The notes under the pieces were generated by a model that worked only from the letters and a program-made list of their open reading frames with translations, did not search any database and was not told the origin of the DNA. Below are positions 35,065 through 45,585 of a stretch of 64,000 nt of DNA, in pieces (position 1 is the first letter of the stretch; each line of letters starts with the position of its first letter). Origin of the DNA: an uncultured Actinomycetes bacterium (lineage in GTDB: Bacteria > Actinomycetota > UBA4738 > HRBIN12); contig CAVVVF010000005.1 of NCBI GenBank assembly GCA_963751665.1, positions 23,924 to 87,923 on the forward strand, read 5' to 3'. The position numbers and the translations under genes are program-made.

Positions 35065-36036
35065 CTATCCCGTGACGGCTTCGAACCGGGCCGGGTCGGC
35101 TTCGAACCGCTCCCGGCAGCCGGCCGAGCAGAAATAGTACGTGCGTCCGTCGTGGGTCGAACGGTGCCGGGCCGTCGCCACGTCCACGGCCATGCCGCAC
35201 ACCGGGTCGATCGCTTCGTGCTGGCGGATGGCCGCCGGGACGCCCCGTTCGAGCGCGCCGGCGGCCCGGTCACGCACCAGCTCGGCCAGGATGGCCACGG
35301 CGATCTCCTCGTGCGATACGCGCCCCAGGTCGAGCCCGGCCGGTGCGTGCACCCTGGCGAGCGCTTCTTCCGAAACGCCGCGGTCGCGCAGGTAGCCCAT
35401 CACCGCCTGGGCCCGGTTCCGCGAGGCGACCAACCCCACGTACCCGGCATGAGTGGCCAGGGCCCGCTCCAGGGCGTCCTCGTCGTAATGGCCCTGGGTG
35501 GCCACGACGATCCACGACCGCTCGGTGACGGCAGCCTGCTCCATATCGAGCGACGTCACGACCCGGTCGGCGGCCGGGGAGTTGGCGGGATCACCGCCGT
35601 CGTCCACGACGACGGTCCTCCAGCCCAGGGCTCCTGCCATCGCCGTCAGCGTAGCCACTGCGGGGGAGCGCCCGATGATGACGAGATGCGGTTGGGGCAC
35701 CACGGGTTCCACGTACACCTCCAGCGCGCCCTCGCTCTGGCACGCGATCGGGACCGTCACAAGGCCCTGACGTCCTCGCGCCTCCAGCTCCTCGGGCGGT
35801 CCCAGGAACAGGAGGCGAGGGGTTCCCTCCTCAAGTGCGCGGAGCGCTTCCCTGATCACTGTGGGCTCCGCGCAGGCCCCTCCCAGCCAGCCACGCACCC
35901 GGCCATCTGGGGTGATCAACGCGGTTGAGCCTTCCTTGCCCGAGGAGGGAGCCCGCCGCCACACCACCGTGGCCAGGACGAACGGCTCTCCACGCTTCGA
36001 GAGCTCCGCCGCGACCTCGAGGACCTCGGGCCTCAC
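35065..36036 (-). CDS. coxF: XdhC/CoxF-family protein fused to a C-terminal YHS domain
   Basis: GTGA overlap with coxL. GWLGGACAEP, CQSEG, GYVGLVAS, then DPVCGM..YYFCSAGC. Confidence 0.85.
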   Translation of the reverse strand: MRPEVLEVAAELSKRGEPFVLATVVWRRAPSSGKEGSTALITPDGRVRGWLGGACAEPTVIREALRALEEGTPRLLFLGPPEELEARGRQGLVTVPIACQSEGALEVYVEPVVPQPHLVIIGRSPAVATLTAMAGALGWRTVVVDDGGDPANSPAADRVVTSLDMEQAAVTERSWIVVATQGHYDEDALERALATHAGYVGLVASRNRAQAVMGYLRDRGVSEEALARVHAPAGLDLGRVSHEEIAVAILAELVRDRAAGALERGVPAAIRQHEAIDPVCGMAVDVATARHRSTHDGRTYYFCSAGCRERFEADPARFEAVTG

Positions 36037-38393
36037 GTCTTGGTGGAACCGCCCGCGGCCTGGATCGCTTCCCACACCTTGGCCGAGGTGAGCGGCATGT
36101 CGATGTTGCGGACCCCGAGCGGCCACAGCGCGTCGATGACCGCGTTCACGAACGCGGCCGGGGAGCCGACCGTGGCCGACTCTCCCACGCCTTTCGCCCC
36201 GATCGGATGGTGCGGCGACGGCGTGACGGTCTCGCCGAGCTCGAACCTCGGGGTCTCCCAGGCCGTCGGCAACAGGTAGTCGGTGAAGTTCGCCCCCATG
36301 CAGTTGCCGTTCTCGTCGAAGGTGATCTCCTCCATGGCGGCGATCCCGAACCCCTCGCACAGGCCCCCGTGGATCTGGCCCTCCACGATCATGGGATTGA
36401 TCCGGACCCCGCAGTCGTCGACCGCAACCATGCGGCCGACCTTCCACACGCCGGTGTCGGGATCGACCTCGACCACCACGGCGTAGGTCCCGAAGGGGAA
36501 CGTGAGGTTCGGCGGGTCGTAGTAGTAGACGCCCTCCAGGCCGGCCTCCATGCCGTCGGGGAAGTTCGTGTACGCCGCGAAGGCCACGTCCTGGATGGTG
36601 ACCACCTTGTCCGGGGCGCCCTTCACCGCGAACTTGCCCTTCGCGAACTCGATGTCCTCCTCCGATACCTCGAGCAGGTGCGCGGCGATCTTGGCCGCCT
36701 TCTCGCGGACCCGGCGGGTGACCATCGCCGTCGCCGCGCCCGAGACCGGGGTCGACCGCGAGGCGTAGGTGCCGAGGCCGTAGGGCGTGTTGTCGGTGTC
36801 GCCGTGCATGACCTTCACGTCCTCGGGCTGGATCCCGATCTCCTCCGCCACGATCTGGGCGAACGTCGTCTCGTGGCCCTGACCTTGCGTCTGGACGCTG
36901 ATCTTCAGGATGGCCTTGCCGGTCGGATGGATCCGGAGCTCCGCCCCGTCGTTCATCTTCAATCCGAGGATGTCGTAGTCCTTGTGCGGTCCCGCCCCCA
37001 CGACCTCGGTGAAGGACGCGAGCCCGATGCCCACCAGCTCGCCGCGGGCCCGGGCCTCCTCCTGCTCCTTGCGGAGCTGGCGGTAGCTGACCTTCTCCAG
37101 GGCCATGTTCATGGCGCCGTGATAGTCGCCGGAGTCGTAGACGAACCCGGTGGCGGACGTGTACGGGAACTGGTCCTTCTCGATGAAGTTCTTCAACCGG
37201 AGGTCGGCCGGGTCCATGCCGAGCTCGTACGCGGCGTTCTGCACCAACCGCTCGATCAAGTACGAGGCCTCCGTGACCCGGAACGAGCACCGGTAGGCCA
37301 CGCCGCCGGGGGCCTTGTTCGTGTACGCGCCATCGGCAGTCACGTGGGCGGCCGGCAGGTCGTAGGACCCGGTCACGATGTGGAACAGCCCAACCTTGAA
37401 CTTCGACGGCTGGGCGTCGGCGTGGAAGGCGCCTTCGTCGGCCAGGAGCGATACGCGAAGGCCGAGCATGGTGCCGTCCTTCTTCAGGGCCATCTCGCCG
37501 TGCATGTGGAAGTCGCGGGCGAAGCCGGTGGAGATGAGGTTCTCGGTCCGGTCCTCGATCCACTTCACGGGCCGCCCCAGCAGGAGCGAGGCCGCCGTGG
37601 CCACGACATACCCCGGGTAGACCGGGACCTTGTTCCCGAACCCGCCGCCGATGTCCGGGGAGACGATGCGGATGTTCTCCTCGGGCAACCCCGCCACCAG
37701 CGCGAACACCGTCCGGATGGCATGGGGCGCCTGCGAGGTCATGTAGATCGTGGCCTGCCCCGTGGCCGGGTTGACGTCGGCCACACAGCCGCAGGTCTCG
37801 ACGGGGGCAGGATGCGAACGGGGATAGAACGTGTCGAGCGCGACCACGACGTCGGCGCCGGTGAAGGCCTTGTCGGTGGCGTCCTTGTCGCCGGACTCCC
37901 AGTGGTAGATGTGATTGGAGTCCTGACCCTCCTTGTCCGTGCGGATGACCGGCGCGTCGGATTCCATGGCCCGCTGCGGGGTCACGATGGGCTCGATGGG
38001 CTCGTACTCCACCGTGATCAGCTCGAGCGCGTCCTTGGCCGTGTAGAGGTCCTCCGCGATCACCGCGGCCACCTCCTGCCCCTGGAACCGGACCTTGTCC
38101 GTCGCCAGCACGGCCTGCGTGTCGCCCGACATCGTCGGCATCCAGGCCAGCTTGTGCTGGGCCATGAGCTCGCCCGTCACCACCGCGACCACGCCGGGGA
38201 CCGCTTGTGCCTTGGACGTGTCGATGCCGGTGATCGTGGCGTGCGCGTAGGGGCTTCGCAGGATGGCCATGTGCAGCATGCCGGGCAGGGTGATGTCGTC
38301 GATGTAGGTGCCCTTGCCCCGGATGAACCGGTCGTCCTCCTTGCGCTTGACCCGGTGTCCCAGGCCGCGGATCTCCTCGGTCTCCGTTGACAT
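36033..38393 (-). CDS. coxL: Aerobic CO dehydrogenase large subunit, form I
   Basis: Diagnostic VAYRCSFR active-site loop, GGGFGNK, MSL gene order. Confidence 0.96.
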   Translation of the reverse strand: MSTETEEIRGLGHRVKRKEDDRFIRGKGTYIDDITLPGMLHMAILRSPYAHATITGIDTSKAQAVPGVVAVVTGELMAQHKLAWMPTMSGDTQAVLATDKVRFQGQEVAAVIAEDLYTAKDALELITVEYEPIEPIVTPQRAMESDAPVIRTDKEGQDSNHIYHWESGDKDATDKAFTGADVVVALDTFYPRSHPAPVETCGCVADVNPATGQATIYMTSQAPHAIRTVFALVAGLPEENIRIVSPDIGGGFGNKVPVYPGYVVATAASLLLGRPVKWIEDRTENLISTGFARDFHMHGEMALKKDGTMLGLRVSLLADEGAFHADAQPSKFKVGLFHIVTGSYDLPAAHVTADGAYTNKAPGGVAYRCSFRVTEASYLIERLVQNAAYELGMDPADLRLKNFIEKDQFPYTSATGFVYDSGDYHGAMNMALEKVSYRQLRKEQEEARARGELVGIGLASFTEVVGAGPHKDYDILGLKMNDGAELRIHPTGKAILKISVQTQGQGHETTFAQIVAEEIGIQPEDVKVMHGDTDNTPYGLGTYASRSTPVSGAATAMVTRRVREKAAKIAAHLLEVSEEDIEFAKGKFAVKGAPDKVVTIQDVAFAAYTNFPDGMEAGLEGVYYYDPPNLTFPFGTYAVVVEVDPDTGVWKVGRMVAVDDCGVRINPMIVEGQIHGGLCEGFGIAAMEEITFDENGNCMGANFTDYLLPTAWETPRFELGETVTPSPHHPIGAKGVGESATVGSPAAFVNAVIDALWPLGVRNIDMPLTSAKVWEAIQAAGGSTKT

Positions 38394-38405
38394 CGATGCT
38401 CCCCT

Positions 38406-38891
38406 CTAGACCTTCGCCGGCTCGGTCGCGCCGGCCTTGATCCGGGCGGCGAGCTGGATGGCCTTCACGATGTTCATGTAGCCGGTGCACCGGCAGATGT
38501 TCCCTGAGATGGCCCACCGAACGTCGTCATCGGAAGGATCGGGGTTCCGTTCCAGCAGCGCCTTGCCCACCAGCATCATGCCCGACGTGCAGAAGCCGCA
38601 CTGGAGGCCGTGTTCCTCCTTGAACGCCACCTGGACAGGATGCAGCTCGCCACCCGTCATGAGTCCCTCGACCGTCGTGACCTCGCGGCCGTCGGCCTGG
38701 ACACCGAAGAGGGTGCAGGACTTCACCGGGGTCCCGTCGAGCAGCACCGTGCACGCCCCGCAGCTCGTGGTGTCGCAGCCCTCGTGGGTCCCGGTCAGGC
38801 CGAACGCCTCCCTGATGAGGTGGACCAGGAGGAGGCGAGGCTCGACGTCGGCGGTTCGCTCCGTCCCGTTGACCTTCACGCTGATCTGCAT
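38406..38891 (-). CDS. coxS: CO dehydrogenase small [2Fe-2S] subunit
   Basis: GCDTTSCGAC, QCGFC, CRCTGY. Confidence 0.95.
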   Translation of the reverse strand: MQISVKVNGTERTADVEPRLLLVHLIREAFGLTGTHEGCDTTSCGACTVLLDGTPVKSCTLFGVQADGREVTTVEGLMTGGELHPVQVAFKEEHGLQCGFCTSGMMLVGKALLERNPDPSDDDVRWAISGNICRCTGYMNIVKAIQLAARIKAGATEPAKV

Positions 38892-38902
38892 GCTTGCCCC
38901 CT

Positions 38903-39769
38903 TCAGGCCGCGCGAGCCATCTCGACGGCTCGGGCCAGGCCGCGCCGTACGAACACCTCGACGACGTGGCGCTTGTATTCGCCCGAACCACGGACGTCCG
39001 CGACCGGGTTGGACGCGGCGGCGGCCAGGCGGCCGGCCTCGGCGAACAGCGCCTCGTTCGGCTCCTTGCCGTTCAGGACCGCTTCCGCTTCAGCCGGCTC
39101 GATGTTCTTGGTCCCCACCGCGGTGAGGCCGATCCCGGTTCGGCCGATCGTCCCGTCGTCCATCGACACGCGGACGGCGGCGGCAACGGTGGCGAAGTCG
39201 CCCACCTTCCGCTCGAGCTTCAGGTACGCGCCGCCGGTCCGGGGGGCCGGCACCGGCACGCGAACCTCGGTCAGGATCTCGTCGGACGTAAGGGCGGTGG
39301 TGAAGATGTCCTGGAGGAAGTCCGTGATGGGGATCTCTCGCTCGCCGCGCGCGCTGCGCGCCACGACGCTCGCGCCGACGGCGAGCATCACCGCCCCCCA
39401 GTCGCCCGCCGGATCGGCGTGGGCCAGGGACCCGCCCACCGTCCCCAGGTTGCGAACGATGGGATCGGCGATCTGCGGTGCCGCCGCAGCGAGCGTCGGA
39501 TAGCGGGCCGATAGCAGATCGGACTCCGCCATCTGGTTGTGCCGGACCAGTGCGCCGATCCGCAAGAACCCACCCTCCTCCCTGATGCCGTCGAGGCCCG
39601 GGACGCGGTTCACGTCGAGCAGGTGGGCGGGAGCGGCGAACCGGAACTTCAGCAGCGGGATGAGGCTCTGTCCCCCGGCAAGGACCTTGGCCTCATCGAG
39701 GCTGGACAGGAGCCGGACCGCCTCGTCCAGCGAGGACGGCCGGTGGTACTCGAACGGTGCCGGCAGCAT
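38903..39769 (-). CDS. coxM: CO dehydrogenase medium FAD subunit
   Basis: [22 protein letters not shown]. Confidence 0.95.
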   Translation of the reverse strand: MLPAPFEYHRPSSLDEAVRLLSSLDEAKVLAGGQSLIPLLKFRFAAPAHLLDVNRVPGLDGIREEGGFLRIGALVRHNQMAESDLLSARYPTLAAAAPQIADPIVRNLGTVGGSLAHADPAGDWGAVMLAVGASVVARSARGEREIPITDFLQDIFTTALTSDEILTEVRVPVPAPRTGGAYLKLERKVGDFATVAAAVRVSMDDGTIGRTGIGLTAVGTKNIEPAEAEAVLNGKEPNEALFAEAGRLAAAASNPVADVRGSGEYKRHVVEVFVRRGLARAVEMARAA

Positions 39770-39850
39770 GTGAACCTCCCCCAGGTCTACGGACGAGCGG
39801 CGCTCCCGGACGGCGGGCCCATTATCGCCCCGCGCTATCTTCGGTGGGAA

Positions 39851-40306
39851 ATGGGGGGAGCGGCGAGGACGTCGAACCGGGGGTTCTGGCTGGTGGTGGG
39901 GCTCATGGCCGCGGCCAGCGCCGTGCTCCTGGTCCTGATCCTGCTCAACCGGCCGGCGGCCGAGCGGGCCTCGGAGTTCACCGCCCGCGACAACCTGCGG
40001 ACGGCGCTCGCCGCGGCGGAGACGGTACGGGGCCAGGAGGGATCGTTCGCCGCGGCGAGCGCGCCTCGCCTACGCCAGGCCGAGCCCGACCTGCTGTTCA
40101 TCGACCCCGACGAGTCTTCGAACAACGCCGAGGTCATCAGCGTGCTCGCCACCAACACGATGTGGGCCGCGGCGGCCCGGGCCGAGACCGGCGCCTGCTT
40201 CTGGGTCCGGGCCCGGCCGGGGCGGCCCACGGTGTACGGCCGCGGCACCGACTGCAGCGGGCAGGCGGCCGGCGCCGCGGCGCCGGCCGCCTGGCCCTCC
40301 CCTTAA
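39851..40306 (+). CDS. Type IV pilin-like protein
   Basis: NRG^FWLVV prepilin-like site, hydrophobic helix, [10 protein letters not shown]-terminal Cys pair. Confidence 0.62.
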   Translation: MGGAARTSNRGFWLVVGLMAAASAVLLVLILLNRPAAERASEFTARDNLRTALAAAETVRGQEGSFAAASAPRLRQAEPDLLFIDPDESSNNAEVISVLATNTMWAAAARAETGACFWVRARPGRPTVYGRGTDCSGQAAGAAAPAAWPSP

Positions 40307-40380
40307 CCGATTTCCCGCTCCCGGGCGGACCGGGCTACTATCCGAATCCTCAGCGGCTGTTGGCGAAAGGGGGACGCGCC

Positions 40381-40857
40381 GTGGCGCGGGTCGAGGTCAC
40401 CGTCAACGGGGCCAAGCGGGAGGCCGACGTCGAGCCCCGCACGCTCCTCGTGTACTTCCTCCGTGAGTCCCTCGGGCTCACCGGCACCAATGTCGGATGC
40501 GATACCTCTTCCTGTGGCGCGTGCACCGTCCTACTCGACGGTGAGTCGATCAAGTCCTGCACGATGCTCGCCGTCCAGGCCGACGGGCGCGAGGTCACGA
40601 CCATCGAGGGCCTCGCGTCGGACGGGGAGATGCATCCGCTCCAGGAGTCCTTCCATCGGAACCACGGCTTGCAGTGCGGGTACTGCACGCCGGGCATGAT
40701 CATGGCCGCGGTGAGCTACTTGAAGGAGAACCCGAGTCCCACGGAGGAGGAGGTTCGGGAGTCGCTGGAGGGCAACCTGTGCCGGTGCACCGGCTACCAG
40801 AACATCGTGAAGTCGATCCTTGACGCCGCCGGGCAGCTGAGCGGCGCGAAGGCGTGA
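40381..40857 (+). CDS. [2Fe-2S] small subunit of a form II CODH-like molybdoenzyme
   Basis: [21 protein letters not shown]. Confidence 0.93.
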   Translation: MARVEVTVNGAKREADVEPRTLLVYFLRESLGLTGTNVGCDTSSCGACTVLLDGESIKSCTMLAVQADGREVTTIEGLASDGEMHPLQESFHRNHGLQCGYCTPGMIMAAVSYLKENPSPTEEEVRESLEGNLCRCTGYQNIVKSILDAAGQLSGAKA

Positions 40858-40867
40858 GGGGGCCGAG

Positions 40868-43237
40868 ATGGCGAAGACCGAATCGCGCGTGATCGGCACT
40901 CCCGTCCTTCGCAAGGAAGACCCGGAGCTGCTGACCGGCCAGGCGAAGTACACCGACGACCTGGTCGTCCACGGGATGCTCTGGATGCACATCGTGCGCA
41001 GCCCCTACGCGCACGCGAGGATCGGCCGCGTCGACCTGTCGAAGGCGCTCGCGATGCCCGGCGTGGTCGCGGCGTTCTCCGGCCAGGACCTGGCCGGCGA
41101 TTGGACCGGGCCGTTGCTCATGGCCTGGCCGGTGACCGAGGACATCAACAACCCGCCGCACTGGCCGCTGGCCAAGGACAAGGCCCGGTACCAGGGGGAC
41201 GGGGTCGCCGTGGTGGTTGCGGAGACGCGGGCCCAGGCGGCCGACGCCGCGGAGGCTGTGGAGGTCGACTACGAGGCCCTCCCGGTCGCAGTCGACATGG
41301 AGGCCGCGCTGGGAAGCGGTGCTCCTCTCGTGCACGAGGAGTTCGGGACGAACAAGTGCTACACGTGGACCCTGACCAACGGCGACGTGGACAAGGTGTT
41401 CGCCGATGCTCCCGTCGTGGTGAAGGAGCGCTACGTCATCCAGCGACAGATCCCCACGGCGATCGAGACCCGCTCGGTGCTGGCAGCCCCCAGCCCCGCC
41501 CAGGGAGACTTCACCCTGTGGACCTCGTCGCAGATCCCGCACATCGTCAAGGTGGCGATGACCCTCGGCCTGGGGATCCCCGAGTCCAAGCTCCGCGTGA
41601 TCGCACCCCGGGTCGGCGGCGGGTTCGGGTCGAAGCTGCAGGTCTATCCGGAGGAGATGCTGTCCCTGGCGCTGGCGAAGCGGTTGGGACGGCCGATCAA
41701 GTGGACGGAGACGCGCTCGGAGAACTCCCTGGCGACGCATCACGGCCGGGACCAGATCCAGGAGATGGAGCTGGCCGCCGACGAGGAGGGGAGCATCCAT
41801 GGCTACCGGGCCCGGATCCTGGTGAACATGGGCGGCTACCTCATGATCATCACGCCCGGCACGCCGCTTCTCGGCGCGTTCGTGTACTGCGGCCCGTACA
41901 GCGGTGAGGCGTACCAGGTCGAGTTCACCGGCGTGTTCACCAACACAGTCCCCACCGACGCCTATCGCGGCGCGGGTCGGCCCGAAGCCACCTACGCCAT
42001 CGAGCGCGCCATCGAAGCGCTTGCCCGCAGGGTTGGTAAGGACCCGGTGGAGATCCGCCGGATGAACTTCCTCCAGCCGTTCACGGAGCCGACCGCCTCG
42101 CCCGGCGGGCTCCAGCTCGACTCGGGCAACTACGGGGAGACCCTGGACCAGGCGCTCGAGCTCGTGGGGTACGAGGACCTCCTGAAGGAGCAGCAGATCC
42201 GTCGGGAGCACGGCGGGGCCAAGCAGATCGGGATCGGGTTCTCGACATACCTCGAGATGTGCGGCCTGGCCCCCTCCCGGGTGTTGGCAAGCCTTCGTTA
42301 TGCCGCCGGCGGCTGGGACGCGGCGGAGATCCGGGTCTCGCCGACGGGGAAGGTCGTCGTGGCGGCCGGCACGAGCCCCCATGGCCAGGGGCACGCGACC
42401 ACATTCGCGCAGATCGTCTCCGAGGACCTCGGGATCCCGATCGAGGACGTCGAGGTGACGTTCGGGGATACAGAGCTATCACCCCTCGGCATGGACACGT
42501 ACGGCAGCCGGAGCATCTCGGTCGGCGGGGTCGCGGTGCACCGGGCGGCGATGAAGGTCGTGGAGAAGGCCCGGAAGATCGCCGCCCACGAGCTCGAGGT
42601 CGCGGAGGACGACCTCGAGTTCGAGGCGGGCACGTTCACGGTGAGAGGCGCGCCGGACACGGCGAAGACCATCCCGGAGATCGCCTTCGCCGCGTGGACG
42701 GCGCACAACCTCCCCGATGGTCTCGAGCCGAACCTCGAGTCCTCGGCCGCCTACGACCCGCAGAACTTCGTGTTCCCGTACGGGGCGCACATCTGCGCGG
42801 TCGAGGTGGACACCGAAACCGGCGAGGTCGGCGTGCTGAAGTACGTCGCCGTCGACGACGTCGGGAGGATCATCAACCCGCAGATCGTCGACGGTCAGGT
42901 GCAGGGCGGCGTGATCCAGGGCATCGCCGAGGCCCTCTTCGAAGAGGCCATCTACGACGAGAATGGGACTCTCCTGACCGGAACGCTCACGAACTACGAG
43001 GTCCCGGCGGCCTCCGAAGTGCCGTCGATCACGCTCGGCCGATCGGAGACCTGGTCCACGACGAACGAGCTCGGAGTAAAGGGGGTCGGCGAGACCGGCA
43101 CGATCGCGTCGCCTCCCGCCGTGATCAACGCGGTCATCGACGCCCTCTCCTACCTGGGGATCACCGACATGGAGCGGCCGGCCACGCCTGAGCGGGTGTG
43201 GAGGGCCATTCGCCAGGCGAAGGGAGGTGCGGCATGA
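40868..43237 (+). CDS. Xanthine oxidase-family Mo subunit (form II CoxL-like)
   Basis: AYRGAGR loop, GGGFGSK, SLM gene order. Confidence 0.93.
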   Translation: MAKTESRVIGTPVLRKEDPELLTGQAKYTDDLVVHGMLWMHIVRSPYAHARIGRVDLSKALAMPGVVAAFSGQDLAGDWTGPLLMAWPVTEDINNPPHWPLAKDKARYQGDGVAVVVAETRAQAADAAEAVEVDYEALPVAVDMEAALGSGAPLVHEEFGTNKCYTWTLTNGDVDKVFADAPVVVKERYVIQRQIPTAIETRSVLAAPSPAQGDFTLWTSSQIPHIVKVAMTLGLGIPESKLRVIAPRVGGGFGSKLQVYPEEMLSLALAKRLGRPIKWTETRSENSLATHHGRDQIQEMELAADEEGSIHGYRARILVNMGGYLMIITPGTPLLGAFVYCGPYSGEAYQVEFTGVFTNTVPTDAYRGAGRPEATYAIERAIEALARRVGKDPVEIRRMNFLQPFTEPTASPGGLQLDSGNYGETLDQALELVGYEDLLKEQQIRREHGGAKQIGIGFSTYLEMCGLAPSRVLASLRYAAGGWDAAEIRVSPTGKVVVAAGTSPHGQGHATTFAQIVSEDLGIPIEDVEVTFGDTELSPLGMDTYGSRSISVGGVAVHRAAMKVVEKARKIAAHELEVAEDDLEFEAGTFTVRGAPDTAKTIPEIAFAAWTAHNLPDGLEPNLESSAAYDPQNFVFPYGAHICAVEVDTETGEVGVLKYVAVDDVGRIINPQIVDGQVQGGVIQGIAEALFEEAIYDENGTLLTGTLTNYEVPAASEVPSITLGRSETWSTTNELGVKGVGETGTIASPPAVINAVIDALSYLGITDMERPATPERVWRAIRQAKGGAA

Positions 43238-44064
43238 TCCCGGCGCCGTTCGACTACGCCCGCGCCGAGTCGGTGGACCACGCGATCGAGCTCCTGTCGG
43301 GCAACGACGAGGCGAAGATCATCGCCGGCGGCCACTCGCTCCTGCCGCTCATGCGGCTCCGGTTGGCCAGGCCGGCCATGCTGGTGGACATCTCGCGCAT
43401 CGGGGACCTCGGGTACATCCGGGAGGACGGGAACCAGGTCGCGATCGGCGCGCTGGCCCGGCATCACGACGTGGCGAACAGCGAGGCCCTCCGCGAGCTG
43501 GCGCCGATCGTGGCGTACGCCGCGAGCCAGATCGGGGACCCCCAGGTCCGTCACCTCGGCACGATCGGCGGCTCGTGCGCGCATGCCGACCCGGCCTCGG
43601 ACATGCCGACGGTGCTCCTGGCCCTCGGAGCCGAGCTCGTCGTCCGGGGCCCGAAGGGGAAGTCGCGCACGGTGAAGGCGGCGGACTTCTTCAAGGGACT
43701 GTTCGAGCCCGACCTGGCATCGAACGAGGTGCTCGCGGAGATCCGGGTCCCCAAGACTACGGGGCGCGGGTGGAGCTACCTGAAGTTCCACCGCCGGGCC
43801 CAGGACTGGGCCATGGTCGGGGTGGCCGCCGTGGCCGGCGATGGGGCCGGTCCTGCCGTGGCGCTCACGAACATGGGGGAGCGGCCGCTTCGAGCGGCCG
43901 GCGTGGAGGAAGCCCTGGTCGGTGGGGCCGACCCGGCGACCGCGGCCCAGCGGGCCGACGAGGGCACCAGCCCGCCGTCGGACACGTTCGGTAGCGCGGA
44001 GTACCGCAAGGAGCTGTCGAAGGTGCTCGTGCGCCGGGCACTCGAGGAGGCAATGTCTCGGTAG
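43234..44064 (+). CDS. FAD subunit of the form II CODH-like enzyme
   Basis: IAGGHSL, GTIGGS, ATGA overlap with the upstream gene. Confidence 0.93.
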   Translation: MIPAPFDYARAESVDHAIELLSGNDEAKIIAGGHSLLPLMRLRLARPAMLVDISRIGDLGYIREDGNQVAIGALARHHDVANSEALRELAPIVAYAASQIGDPQVRHLGTIGGSCAHADPASDMPTVLLALGAELVVRGPKGKSRTVKAADFFKGLFEPDLASNEVLAEIRVPKTTGRGWSYLKFHRRAQDWAMVGVAAVAGDGAGPAVALTNMGERPLRAAGVEEALVGGADPATAAQRADEGTSPPSDTFGSAEYRKELSKVLVRRALEEAMSR

Positions 44065-44104
44065 CCGGGCGGAAGCTTTGACGGCCGAGGCTCGGTCTGC
44101 CTAG

Positions 44105-44998
44105 ATGGTGGGCATGCCGCCCGTGGCCGCACCGCACTTCGACTTCGAACGCTGGTTCGACAACAACGGGGTCAGGACCATCGCGATCATGGTGGTCGCG
44201 ATCGTGGTGACCATCGTGACCCGATTCCTGGTCCTACGGTTCCGCCACAAGCTCGAGGGCAAGCCGAGCCTGACACAGGAGCTGAACCTCCAGCGGGCCG
44301 CCACGCTCACCCACGCCCTGTCCACCGCCATCATCGTCGTGATCTGGACGATCGCGTTCCTGCTCATCCTGGGGACGCTGCACGTGGAGCTCGCGCCGTT
44401 CCTGGCCAGTGCGGGCGTCGTCGGAGTCGCGCTCGGCTTCGGGGCGCAGAGCATCGTCAAGGACACGCTTTCCGGGTTCTTCATCCTCCTCGAGAACCAG
44501 TTCGGCGTGGGCGACGTGATCGAGGTCCAAACCACGGCGGGCCCCGTCTCGGGCAAGGTCGAGGACCTCAGTCTTCGAGTCACCACCCTCCGCGCGTTCG
44601 ACGGGACGCTCCACGTCGTCCCGAACGGCAACATCCAGGTGGTATCGAACAAGTCCCGAGGGTGGGCCCGGGCCATCGTGGACGTCCGGGTGGCCTACGG
44701 CGAGGACGTGGACAAGGTCCGGGAGATCCTGGAGGAGCTGTTCGAGGAGATCCGCAAGGATCCCGTGTTCAAGGACTGGATCATGGAGGGTCCGAGCATC
44801 CTGGGCGTGGAGAGCCTGGCCGACTACGCCCTGGTGGTGCGGGTGGTGGCGGACACCAGGCCCTCGAAGCGATGGGACGCCGAACGCCGGCTGCGTGAGC
44901 GCATCACCCGCCGCCTGTCCGAACGCGGTATCGGTGTGCCCTTCCCGCCGGCCGTCTCACCGAGGCCCGGCGATGCCTCCGCCGGCTCGCCCTCGTAG
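44105..44998 (+). CDS. Small-conductance mechanosensitive channel (MscS family)
   Basis: ALGFGAQS, ENQFGVGD, VPNG. Confidence 0.92.
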   Translation: MVGMPPVAAPHFDFERWFDNNGVRTIAIMVVAIVVTIVTRFLVLRFRHKLEGKPSLTQELNLQRAATLTHALSTAIIVVIWTIAFLLILGTLHVELAPFLASAGVVGVALGFGAQSIVKDTLSGFFILLENQFGVGDVIEVQTTAGPVSGKVEDLSLRVTTLRAFDGTLHVVPNGNIQVVSNKSRGWARAIVDVRVAYGEDVDKVREILEELFEEIRKDPVFKDWIMEGPSILGVESLADYALVVRVVADTRPSKRWDAERRLRERITRRLSERGIGVPFPPAVSPRPGDASAGSPS

Positions 44999-45072
44999 GG
45001 CACGATCGAGACCCCTTTCGGTTCGAACGGGTTGAGAATGGACAAGGAACGCCCCGGTAGGAGGTGGGGTCT

Positions 45073-45585
45073 ATGTCCATCGGGCTGTTGCTCTTGCGCC
45101 TCGTGGTCGGCCTTCTGCTCGTCGGCCATGGCACGCAGAAGCTGTTCGGCTGGTTCGGCGGTGGCGGCCTCGACGGCACCGCCCGCAATTTCGCATCTCT
45201 CGGATACCGGCCCGGGAGGGTCATGGCCATGTTGGGTGGCATGGCGGAGACCCTTGGCGGGCTGTCGCTCGCACTCGGGTTCCTCACGCCGCTGGGGTCC
45301 GCCGCCATCATCGGCGCCATGCTGAACGCCATCCTGTCCGTGCACCTTCCGAAGGGGGTTTGGAACACGAAGGGCGGGTTCGAGTTCCCCCTGACGAACG
45401 CGGCGGTGGCAGCGGCGGTCGCGTTCACCGGGCCGGGGAGGTATTCGATCGACCACGCGATCGGGTTCGAGCCCGGACACGTGGTCTCGGGGTCGTTCGC
45501 TCTTCTGCTCGGCGTCGTGGTCGGCATGATCGTCTACGCCTCGCGGAGGCCGGAGCCGGCGGGAGCCGCTACGCTGGAAGCGTGA
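45073..45585 (+). CDS. DoxX-family membrane protein
   Basis: HGTQKLFGWFGG, GGFEFP, GPGRYSID. Confidence 0.92.
   Translation: MSIGLLLLRLVVGLLLVGHGTQKLFGWFGGGGLDGTARNFASLGYRPGRVMAMLGGMAETLGGLSLALGFLTPLGSAAIIGAMLNAILSVHLPKGVWNTKGGFEFPLTNAAVAAAVAFTGPGRYSIDHAIGFEPGHVVSGSFALLLGVVVGMIVYASRRPEPAGAATLEA

Noticed and set aside
35065-38517. Very long alternative ORFs (1150 aa here, 888 aa at 16992-19658, 821 aa at 35925-38390 and many others)
   Set aside because: Shadow or antisense frames typical of high-GC DNA. They are Arg/Pro/Gly-rich and overlap well-supported genes, and only the terminal parts of the 1150-aa and 888-aa ORFs are real (coxF, mtnP).
40868-43237. Second true CO dehydrogenase
   Set aside because: It has AYRGAGR and lacks the Cu-ligating Cys of AYxCSFR, so the substrate cannot be assigned.
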